This document shows positions 53,461 to 64,000 of a stretch of DNA of 64,000 nt, one piece after another. Positions within the stretch are counted from its first letter, which is position 1. The number at the start of each line of letters is the position of its first letter. This stretch comes from Octopus sinensis. Its lineage: Eukaryota. The DNA lies in the NCBI RefSeq assembly GCF_006345805.1, contig NC_043008.1, forward strand, positions 20,274,001-20,338,000, written 5' to 3'. Under the pieces are notes generated by a model. It saw nothing but the letters and a program-made list of their open reading frames with translations. It searched no databases and was not told where the DNA came from. Position numbers and translations under genes: made by a program.

Positions 53461-55116
53461 TATTTTACTTTTGTCCTAAGTAGAGTTTTTTTTTAAAGTA
53501 GCAGTGTTTTTTCTCGATATATTAATTAATTACTACTAAATTAATTACTATCAAATTTCAGTTCATGATTTAAAATATTTCAACGACCTTTGGCATTGTC
53601 AAAAGTAAAATCGAAGAAATTTATATATATCTCTCAGTAAGGCGTCATTAAACAAAAGGTTTTTTTTAATTACCATTTTGACAGTTTTACTTGCGGTGCT
53701 CCGATCAAGCACAAGTTTAATGGTAGGAGAAAAACAGGTACAATTGATGCAACTGAGCTTGTCTATTATTTTACATGGTTATATCAAGGCTTGCATATCT
53801 GCTGAGGTGACAGTATATTATGTCTATTTACTGAGGAAGTAACGATTATTTTTATTCAGAACATATGTTGAATGCAATAATTTTTTACCACAGTATCTTC
53901 ACCTAAATTAATTTCAAATTCTTCAACTCTAGTGATGTATGTAAAATGCAGCCAAGCACGTTACTAGCATCACCACCTGCAGCCATTTTCGATAATTTTG
54001 CTTTGCTTCGGTGTTATATGATAGTTTTTATCTGAATGCAATCAAATAAATTTCGCACATAATTTCATAACCTAAGGTGGCAATTGATTATTTGTTGGAC
54101 TTTTTTCGTATTACTACTTGGCATTACCTCCCACCTATCACAGCTTCTATTTTAGTCACTAAATCTTGCGTTAAATATCTCACGGTATTCAGACTCGTCT
54201 CTTTATTTCTGGTTTCAATTTCTACTAAAAACATTTTATATATTTCACTGCCACAGGTATTAAACAAGATTACAGAAAATAAACTATTTAGTTTAAAATC
54301 AAATCTGCACTCTACAAAGTTTTCCGTACAAATTTGATATATGTATGTTATAAGTTTTAAAATATTTTTGTTTCGTGTCTTTATTAATGCGCCTGAAACA
54401 AACATATTCCACATAGCTATCGGTGAAGGGATTAGAAGCAAATAATGAATTCAAGATAGATTTATAGTTTAAAGTGTTACCGTGATAGTCAAGAGTCTTT
54501 GCATTTTACTTTGATTCCTTTCTGTAGCAGATTCAATAAATGTCTTCTGTGTGTAAGTTTAGCCGAATTATACTTGGAACCAAGTTGTCTGAACTGTAGA
54601 TTAACTGAGCAACTATACTTAATCAGTGCCACGGTTTAGCACCAGCGGTACGGTGCTATGGCTGCAGCCTTTCTTTCGCAAGTTTTCCGTCTCATCAAAA
54701 CCCTCATCACAAAATAATCCAAGGGCAGCGATGGCTGCTTCTTCCTCCTCGTATTTCAGTTTCGCCATACACGCTACCATCCATCCTCAACCTAATTCAA
54801 ACAATATGGAAAAGATTATTTAGTGGCAGGGGTGGGTCAGGCCGCTGAAATTTTAATGGACGGTGTAAATAACCGGAAAAGAAGGTTAAAGGTGAAAAGT
54901 ATTCAACTGTCGTTCGAAAAGTTGAGAACGGTCTGTATTTTTCTGTAGATCAATAGGATCTCTTTGTGACTCGAAAAGGATCATAATAGTAATAAACTTG
55001 AATAAAGGAGACGGAATTGCTGCAGAGGAAGAAACAAATGAATATTAATGGAAGAGAAATTCAAATCAAATGTAATATAGAATATGATACAGAAAATCGA
55101 TGGAACAGTATCATTC

Positions 55117-55597
55117 TTTCTTTTCTTCTTCTTCTTCTTCTTCTTCTTCTTCTTCTTCTTCTTCTTCTCTTCTTCTTCTTCTTTTTCGTCTTCTTCTTCT
55201 TTTTCGTCTTCTTCTTCTTCTTCTTCTTCTTCTTCTTCTTCTTCTTCTTCTTCTTCTTCTTCTTCTTCTTCTTCGTTTTTTTCTTTTTCTTCTTCTTTTT
55301 TATCTTCTTCTGCTTCTTCTTCGTCTTTATCTTCATCATATTCTTTTTCAACTTCTTCATCTCCTCCTTCATTTTCTTGTTCTTTTTCATCTTCTTCTTC
55401 TTCTTCTTCTTCTTCTTCTTCTTCTTCTTCAATTTCTTCTTTACCTTCTTCATTTTCTTCTTTTTCATCTTCTTCAATTTCTTCTGCTTCTTCTTCTACT
55501 TCGTCTCCTACTTGCTACCACCACCATTACTATAACTGTTACTACTATTACTACTACTACAGCTGCTGCTGCTACTACTACTATCTACTATTACTAT

Positions 55598-55646
<49 letters not shown>

Positions 55647-55650
55647 CGCT
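55117..55650. repeat. (TTC)n followed by (CTA)n microsatellites
   Basis: Direct reading; explains the poly-F/S/L/K ORFs. Confidence 0.97.
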
Positions 55651-56035
55651 ACTATTTTTCTTCTTATTTTCTGCTTTACATACTAAATATTATCAATATG
55701 AGATCTGTATCTCTAAGACTATTAATCAAATCAGCTTATACAGTCCAAGTAAATCGTTAAGTCTCAGAGCAAAACGACTAATAGGAGTTATAAGCCAATG
55801 AGTTTCTTAAACCAAGTTCTGCTACGATGCTTGAATTATATATACGATGGGAAATCCAAGGAAATGAAGAATATTATATGAAATACTTCATCAGTTTTAA
55901 GATAATCTTTCTTAAACAGGAATGCAGACACAAAGAATATTTCTCGATAACAAAGATACTGTAGGCTGATTCTTATAGGCGCGAGAACGCACGCCACACA
56001 CACACATACACACAAATAAACACACACTATATATA

Positions 56036-56577
56036 TCTATTATATAAAATCCGTTCTGTCTGTCTGTGTGTGTGTCTTCTACGATCCTCCATCCGATTGC
56101 GCTCAAATGTAGATACCGACGGTATCAGGGCGAGTATAAGTATTGAAAAAAATTACAAAAATCGATTCCAGGTGAGAATGCGATCGATAAAGCCGTTTTT
56201 GTCCTGCTTTTCTTCCTTCAACCTGTACATAAATGCACCTTCGGTTTTTTGCTGTTTTTGTACTGTTTAAAGGCACGTTTGTTTCCTGCCAAGCTTAAGG
56301 TTTAAACTATGTTTGTGTTCTCCCAGTCAACAGCCTTATCATTACTGGTACTTTAAACTCTTCGGTTGCATATTTGTGTGAATAAAATCGATTTTCTTTG
56401 GAATAGACAAAAAAAATCTATCTTTATTTCTTCTTTTGCTGATGCCTCAAATTTAGATTAAATCAGATTTTCTCAAAGGGGATGCCTATGGGACGGTTGG
56501 ACAAGTTGTTTTGAGAAAATTTGGTTTAAATGTTTGACAACGCAGCACCGTCCATTGGACGGGGTGCGTTTTGTTCG
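56036..56577 (+). mobile_element. Non-autonomous Helitron-like element
   Basis: A|TC start (atctattatataaaa...ctgtctgtctg), subterminal hairpin gcaccgtccattggacggggtgc (56545-56567), and end TTCG|T (degenerate CTAG). Confidence 0.65.
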
Positions 56578-56645
<68 letters not shown>

Positions 56646-58290
56646 CATACATATAGGAAGAGAAAGAGGAAATAGATATCTATAGATATTTTTGTATATG
56701 TATGTATGTATCTCTCTCTCTCTCTGCATATATATACAGTATATATTCATACGTGTGTGAGTGTTTGTGTGTGTCTGATGTCAATGCAATTTTCTCTCAA
56801 TAAATCCAAGTATATTTGGGAAATTTGTACAGTGTATGATAATATATAGATTTTAAAATTTATTTTCAGTAATATAACCTCTTTTCCTGGACAATATCAC
56901 ATCCTGTGAATACAGGCACAGACACACATTCTCTCTCTCCCTCAATCCCTCCCTCTCTCTCTCTCTCTCAATCTATCTATCTCATGCGTGTATTGTTTTA
57001 TTCTGTTACTTGTTTTACTGACTGGACAATATTTTCGCGCTTCATTCATCAAGGTGTGTTTGTTCTGTCGTACCACTTACAAGACTTTAGTCACTCACAT
57101 ATGCACGAGTCTGTATTCCAGAAAATGAATAAATAAGGGCGTGGGTGGGTTAGATGTCATAAGATAATTGCAGGCATCAGGATCAGCCATTCATATTTGG
57201 GAGTTAATTATAATTAGAGTAATGAGAACGAAGGAACTAATTAACTTTACAAGATAGAGATTTAGAGTTAAATGTCAGGTCCCATCAGTGCACTATTCTC
57301 TGATGTTCATATTGTACATGTGTGAATACCTGGACACTAAGATATCTGTTGATATTAACCAGAGTCACTTAGCCATAACCTCTAACCTATAATTGCGTTG
57401 CCTTCAACCAATCCCACAGTACAATCTCACAAAGTTGAAAATTAATTGCAGGGATATTTCTGTGCAAATTGTGTAAGAGGAGGAATTGTTTATGTGTAAG
57501 AGGAGGAATTGACAGTTAAATGAGTCTAAACCCTATAGATCCACATAGCTCGGTACTTATGAGCCTTCAATTTCACGTGGATTGCATATTACTTAAGTGA
57601 TTGTACGTAACAGTCCACTTCGCTTCCATTTCTTCTAGTTCCTTAAAATAAACACCACTTACATTTTGAATTATTATTTTCAGCTGGATACAACATTTGC
57701 GACTCCATGTGCTTCCTTTTGTTAATTATCAAAAAAATTTTATTTTAGTGAAATATCGCAACTACATCCAAATGTCGCAACCAAAAAATAAATAGATAAA
57801 CCTACCTCATTTCCAGCTTTCGTAGCTATATACTTTGCAATAATCTCTCCCAAAAGACGGTTATAGTATGATGATATTTTTTCGGAGCTGTCTCAAAAGT
57901 TGTGTAATTTATAACAAAAGACGTGGTTATGCTTTTGTCTTTCCAAGGTGGTTTAGCTGTGTAAGTAATGAGAATTGATTCCGACATCTTATGATTCAAT
58001 AAATATTCATTTCATTGATCTATACGGGACAGCAGTAGTTTATAGATAAATACACACATATATTTGACTTACGAATTTTCATGAGCCACATACAAATTTA
58101 CTAAGTCAAGTCTCGTAAGGCTGGGTCTCAAACTGAACAGGACGAATATTATCGATCTTATGCATTCCATCTGGCACTGCAAAATGCAGATGGAATTCGT
58201 TTCTCCAAATAATAGTCTTTCATTAAAAATATATTGTTATACGAAATAAATGATGAAATAAATAAATAAAAAATAAATGTGTATCTAGAT

Positions 58291-58701
58291 AGGCGCAGGA
58301 GTGGCTGTGTGGTAAGTAGCTTGCTAACCAACCACATGGTTCCGGGTTCAGTCCCACTGCGTAGCATCTTGGGCAAGTGTCTTCTGCTATAGCCCCGGGC
58401 CGACCAAAGCCTTGTGAGTGGATTTGGTAGACGGAAACCGAAAGAAGCCCGTCGTATATATGTATATATGTGTATGTGTGTGTTTGTGTGTCTGTGTTTG
58501 CCCCCCTAGCATTGCTTGACAACAGATGCTGGTGTGTGTACGTCCCCGTCACTTAGCGGTTCGGCAAAAGAGACCGATAGAATAAGTTCTGGGCTTACAA
58601 AGAATAAGTCCCGGGGTCGATTTGCTCGACTAAAGGTGGTGCTCCAGCATGGCCACAGTCAAATGACTGAAACAAGTAAAAGAGTAAAAAGAGTAAAAGA
58701 G
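58291..58701 (+). mobile_element. SINE family A, full length
   Basis: Near-identical to the 4991 and 32826 copies. Confidence 0.92.
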
Positions 58702-59283
58702 ATAGAGGGATTAATAGGTAGGTTGTTAAAGAGATATGCAAGTAGATAAGCTGTATCTCTCCCCGAGGTAAGAAAATTTCTTGATATATAAGTATACATT
58801 GCCAATGTCACATACTTCATGAATAAATTTTGTTTATGTGCCTATTGACTATGAGAGTCAATCAGGTAAAGTTATCTTTGAAACTTCGAATGTTAAAAAA
58901 CAATGAGTATCTCAAACCAGCTGAACAGAATCACTGCGTAGGTAAATGAGAGCGATGGATATCGTTATTAGTTTAGCTGCAATATATGTCCGTCAGATCT
59001 CGAAACTAATTCGACTTGCTGGTGTAGGACATATATGCAGATAGCGTAATATTTATCCCCGCATGTGCAAAACGCCTCACAAGTAAATCGAGATCAAATT
59101 TTGAACTTGAATCAGCTCTAAAAATATATGCATTACCCATGTCATATACGCACGTATGTGTTACATTTATATACTTACACGCATGCACACACGCATACAC
59201 ACTCACGCATACACGCTCCGAATCACACATACACACACGCACGTACACACTCACACACACATACACAGACACGCACACACACA

Positions 59284-59359
<76 letters not shown>

Positions 59360-59374
59360 TCATCATGTTGAACT

Positions 59375-59532
59375 GTTAAGCCCAGAATATATTTTTCTCT
59401 TGTTTTTTTTTAATTATTTTCTTATCCTTTCTATCGAAGAGTGGAGGCTTGAAACGTCGAAGACATTTCCATTCTTCCCGCACCTGCTTCTTGTTACTTC
59501 ACCTGTCTTGTCATTTTGTCTGAAAATTTGAA

Positions 59533-59535
<3 letters not shown>
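59375..59535 (+). mobile_element. Old solo 3' repeat of the Neptune-type PLE family with decayed hammerhead
   Basis: ccttt-ctatcga-a-gagt-ggag-gctt-gaaa-cgtc-gaaga (59426-59463) plus a cacctgtcttgtc..ttgt tail similar to 47330-47350. Ends in (TA)n. Confidence 0.6.
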
Positions 59536-59588
<53 letters not shown>

Positions 59589-60301
59589 GCACACATCTAT
59601 CTATCCATATATGTGAGTGTGTGTACGTATCAAAAATGTATGATATATCTATATATTTAGATATAGCCCACTTAACGCTCCAAGACGTACATTATTTAGT
59701 ATCAATTACAATTGATTGAAAGATTCGGACACCAACGGATACAAAATATCGCGCTATACCCGCAAAACTCTATAATATATAAATGCCTCGAACAATCGCA
59801 ATTACATTGTTCTAATCTGTAAGTGACTTTTATAATAACTGGAAAAAGTAAACAATAAAGAATGAAAGATAATATACTAATTCTAGGTACGATACTTTAA
59901 GATTTGCCACAAGCAAAAGGAGATATTACAAGATTCGCCATTTAAGCTCAAATCTGTTGTATTCATGATGGTGATTGTCAATGAAGTTTGGTTAGTAAAT
60001 TACTGGAAGATTCCATCTGATTTTTCTATTGTGTATCAAATTTCTGTTACTGTAAATATGTCACATGACCAATCATTGTTATATCAATTTAAACGGGATT
60101 GGAATTTTCGCCACTGAGGAGAACACTTAGGTTGAAAGAACGTGATCTGGCTGTTCCGGTGCTCGTAGCTGACGCTCGACGTCAGACTTTAAGTCACAAT
60201 GTATAAAAAGCAGACGTTAGGAGACACACGTTCATACAAACACTTTCACTCTCTCTCTCTCTATCTCTCTATCTATCTATTTATCTATCTCTTTCTCTCT
60301 C

Positions 60302-60356
<55 letters not shown>

Positions 60357-60390
60357 AATATACCCATACACAGATATGGATATATATATA

Positions 60391-61068
60391 TATATACCAA
60401 TTAAGGACTGAACACGAAAAGTGGACAGTCAACATGCTAGATATAGACGTCAAATCGCCATTCTCCACAACTATTATGTTCTCAAATAAAATAAAAAATA
60501 AAATAAAATATTTTATTTGAGAACATAATCTTTGTGGAGAATGGCGATTTGACGTCTATATCTAGCATGTTGACTGTCCACTTTTCGTGTCCAATCCTTA
60601 ATTGGTGTATATAAATATTTTAATCTTCGGATTCTTTTTAATATGCTAGACCACTGGTTTTAATTGACTAATATCAATTTCTACCCTTAATTAATTTTAT
60701 ATATATATATATATAAATAATGGTAGAAATTGATATTAATCAATTACAACCAGTGGCTTAGCATATTTAAAAAAATCCGAAGATCCAATATTGCGTTACA
60801 TACAAAATTTAGAGGAATGACCACTAAAAGTGGACAGCCTATATGCTAAAATTAGACGTCAAATAGCCATTACCCCGAACAATGTGTTCAAAAGAAAAAT
60901 CTCAGCAAAAAAATAAAATGTAAAAATATAAAAATGTAAAAATATTAAAAAATGGTTTCTTGCTGAGATTTTTCTTGAGAACACATTATTCGTGGTAACG
61001 GCGATTTCACGTCTATGTTTAGCATATAGGCTGTCCACTTTAGTGGTCATGCGTCTAAATTGTGTATA
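60391..61068. mobile_element. Two related fold-back elements tail-to-tail around (TA)n
   Basis: Arms 60391-60493/60509-60612, 60623-60685/60722-60784 and 60801-60908/60960-61068. Both units share aaagtggacag...atgcta...tagacgtcaaat.gccatt. Confidence 0.8.
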
Positions 61069-62193
61069 CACACACACGCACACATACAAATATATCGCTA
61101 AGATAAATATTTCAATCACCTGAAGATTGACTGTAACTCGAATGTTTACGAATTGGACAGCCATGAAACGATCGTAGTGTTATACTCATTATCTTTTTTT
61201 AATAATTTTGATATATATTTAAAATAATATAAATTAATTAATCTTATGTATTGACTTAAGTTTTTCATTGTAAGATTTGCCTAATAGTGGTTTTATCTCT
61301 AATTTAATATAATATATATATATATATGGTATTTTATTCTCAATGAGATATGAAATGTTGGTATGATAGTAGAAGCCGCAGTATTTGGATTAACCAACTT
61401 CTGCATATATAATTATATTAAAAAATTGAAAATAAACTGGACATTGTAATATTCAACATAAAAACACCACGTATCCCTACGTGGCATTTATATCTATACA
61501 TGGCATGTATGAGTTTCATGTGGACTTGTGTATCTGTTTCTTAATATGTATTGCGATTAAAATAAACGGGGACACACAATTGACTCCATAGCTACAGGAT
61601 CACGGTTGATGCTGTTAGCCCTTCTAATACGTTGTGCTGTTGGTTGTGCTTCCGCTAGGGTGAGATCGAAATTTGCAGTTTACGGCTATGTGATCCTTGA
61701 TCCTATACCGGTGCTTATGTAACAAGCAAATCACAAAAACTTGACAATCAAGTTGTTTCCTCTAAAAGCTCCGTCTTGCTTTCCTGATTATCTTCTCTAA
61801 ACATGGTAAACGTTGATGTGAAGTTACACGTCAAAATTATTGAAAAGTTTGTGATTTCAATATTTCATTTTCGGTCATGGAATTTTTCTTAATTTATAAT
61901 TAAAAATTTTCACTTCATATATTGGGCTGTCAGGCTATCAGATAAATTAATTTTGTGTTTTCATTTAATTTAATGCAACTGAATGCTGCTGACGAGTGAC
62001 CGTATCGTGAGAGCATCATGTTTGTTGGACCAATTCCCCACTGAATTGTTGCGGATCCCCGTGGATGCGCTCGTTCAATTGATCATCAAGGAATTGGTCA
62101 GGTCGACTGGAACACGGAGAGACTCTAAGGTCGAGCTTATCTTTCTTGAAACTAGAAAACCAAGAAGTTCTGTGTCGTTGTTTTGGTAATAGT

Positions 62194-62423
62194 TATTTGT
62201 TTACTAACCACAAGGGGCTAAACATAGAGGAGACAAACAAGGACAGACAAACGTATTAAGTCGGTTATATCGACCCCAGTGCGTAACTGGTACTTAATTT
62301 ATCGACCCCGAAAGGATGAAAGGTAAAGTCAACCTCGGCGGAATTTGAACTCAGTATGTAATGCCAAACGAAATACAGCTACGCTTTTCGCCCGGCGTGC
62401 AACGTGCAAAGGCTCGCCGCCTT
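62194..62423 (-). mobile_element. SINE family C with 16-bp target site duplication
   Basis: Flanked by TTGTTTTGGTAATAGT at 62178-62193 and 62424-62439. Confidence 0.9.
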
Positions 62424-63302
62424 TTGTTTTGGTAATAGTGCTGTCTCTACACATAGCCCAAATGCATCGTGGAAGTTTGGAACCTGGATTGAAGAAACGG
62501 CAAGCATTTGTTGAAAGTACTCGTTCCCTTGACATTCCATCAATATATGTTTGAAAAGTGTTAAACTACATTTATGTTTCAAGAACAATACACAAAATAT
62601 TGTAGAGGAAGACGAGCGGGACGAAAATCCTTAAAACATTACGATGAAAATATAATACAAATAACCTTACGTAAAAACAAACGGATGTATTTGACTACGC
62701 AATATATTGCTAACTTATCTGTGATTATTAAAAGTATATGTACCAATAATATATTCATATTCTCGCTTCGATTTCATTGCAGATATAATCATAATTGCAA
62801 CTTTATTAAACTGAAATGTTGCTCAACAACATCTTTGTCACGTTACTTAATCTAACAGGCTGTTATATCCAGCCCCAATTAGGAGAATTATTTCTACACA
62901 TTTCAGTTAATTAACTAATGGCATTTTCATGATAGCTTCATGGCTTCCTCCATATAATTGCATTTGAGATCACCTTCTCTAGCGGAACATTCTTCCCGAT
63001 ATCGTTAGCCATTTCGATTCTCAGCCTGCTGTTGTAATGTAATTAATGGTAATTTGTTGAATGCTAAAAATACAGACACGTCTACGTATATAGGCCTGCA
63101 ACGAACAATCGTACAGAGAAATCACAGTGAAATTACGCAAACTATATATTCGAAAAAAAATATAAGAGTATAAATATAGCAGACGTTTGCAAATTGCTTC
63201 AAGCATTGCGGAATATGTTAAAAATCAGAGTTTTTAGAAGACGATTGCAATGCACATGCAATGTAATTTCCAGTAAATAACAATAACAAAGAAATTGACA
63301 TG

Positions 63303-63455
63303 TTGGCTCTGTAGTTAAAAAGTTCGCTTTGCAAACACGGAGTTTCGGGTTCGGTCAAACTGTGTGTCGTCTTGAAGTGTCTTCTACGAAAACCACAGGA
63401 AGATCAACAGATTTTTAGTCAATTTGGTAGATGGAAAGTGAACGGAAACCTGTAA
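63303..63455 (+). mobile_element. Old SINE family A 5' fragment (another short minus-strand fragment at 63711-63774)
   Basis: tggctctgtagttaaaagttcgct...gggttcggtc...aagtgtcttctac...ggtagatggaaa. Confidence 0.65.
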
Positions 63456-64000
63456 TTCATCCACACACACACAAAATCATACAAACACACCATACACGCT
63501 AGTACACATACACGCCAACACACATGCGTGCGTGTGCATAAATGTCTATATATATATATATATATATATAAATATATATATATATAATATTTAATGATTT
63601 AACCGGTTTTACAGTTTATAATGATTTTTAAAAATTTGAAATGGAAACACCTGGCTTACGCCGCGGCTGTTTTGCTTCTGACTAATGTTTGGAGCTGGTC
63701 CTACTTGTATACTTGCCCAAGGTGCCACGCAGTGGGACTGAACCCGGAACTATGTGGTACGTAAGCAAGCTACTTTTCTACAAAAGATACAATTAGAGTA
63801 AAAGAATTCGTATAGGGAGGGACAAGGGTAGCAAAAGAAGGAGACATGTTTCGTGGATCAAGGATTGTTTCTTTCTGGGTTTGGAAAAGAAAATCTAAAT
63901 TGCCGATTTTTGGTGGGGTATTATCTAGAAATACATCACGTAACGAATGTATAGAATGGTTTATCAGAAAATGAAGAAGGAATCGAATAACAAGGATGAA

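Noticed and set aside
55017-55801. Long poly-F/S/L/K ORFs
   Set aside because: They come from the (TTC)n and (CTA)n microsatellites.
58291-58365. tRNA-like heads of SINEs as tRNA genes
   Set aside because: No complete cloverleaf; they continue into SINE bodies present in many copies.
61983-62160. GC-richer stretch with a minus-strand frame FKKDKLDL...PDQ after a possible splice acceptor
   Set aside because: Could be a CR1-like 3' relic or a terminal exon; no recognisable homology to support either.

Overview
AT-rich eukaryotic non-coding DNA, very likely cephalopod (Octopus-like, judged from its SINE families and microsatellite load). No host protein-coding exon is confidently recognisable, and almost all short ORFs in the track are microsatellite artefacts. 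The window is a mosaic of (TA)n/(CA)n/(TAA)n/(TTC)n tracts and transposons. These include three long Penelope-like retroelement (PLE) copies: one Naiad-type at 15.2-18.4 kb with an ~870-bp inverted terminal copy, and two young Neptune-type copies at 45.2-47.4 and 49.1-52.3 kb, the latter with a nearly intact RT+GIY-YIG ORF. Also present are a decayed Gypsy LTR element, CR1, RTE and R4/Dong LINE ends, three non-autonomous Helitrons, mariner/pogo MITEs and about 20 tRNA-type SINE copies. The most interesting signal is a recurring module: PLE-type 3' ends inserted at (TA)n tracts, folded back into inverted repeats, and carrying minimal type I hammerhead-ribozyme-like motifs. Most of these motifs have non-canonical cores (CCGANGA, CUGUUGA) and a palindromic stem III, and they occur in at least five sequence-unrelated families. 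All alignments and folds were done by eye; coordinates of decayed elements are approximate.
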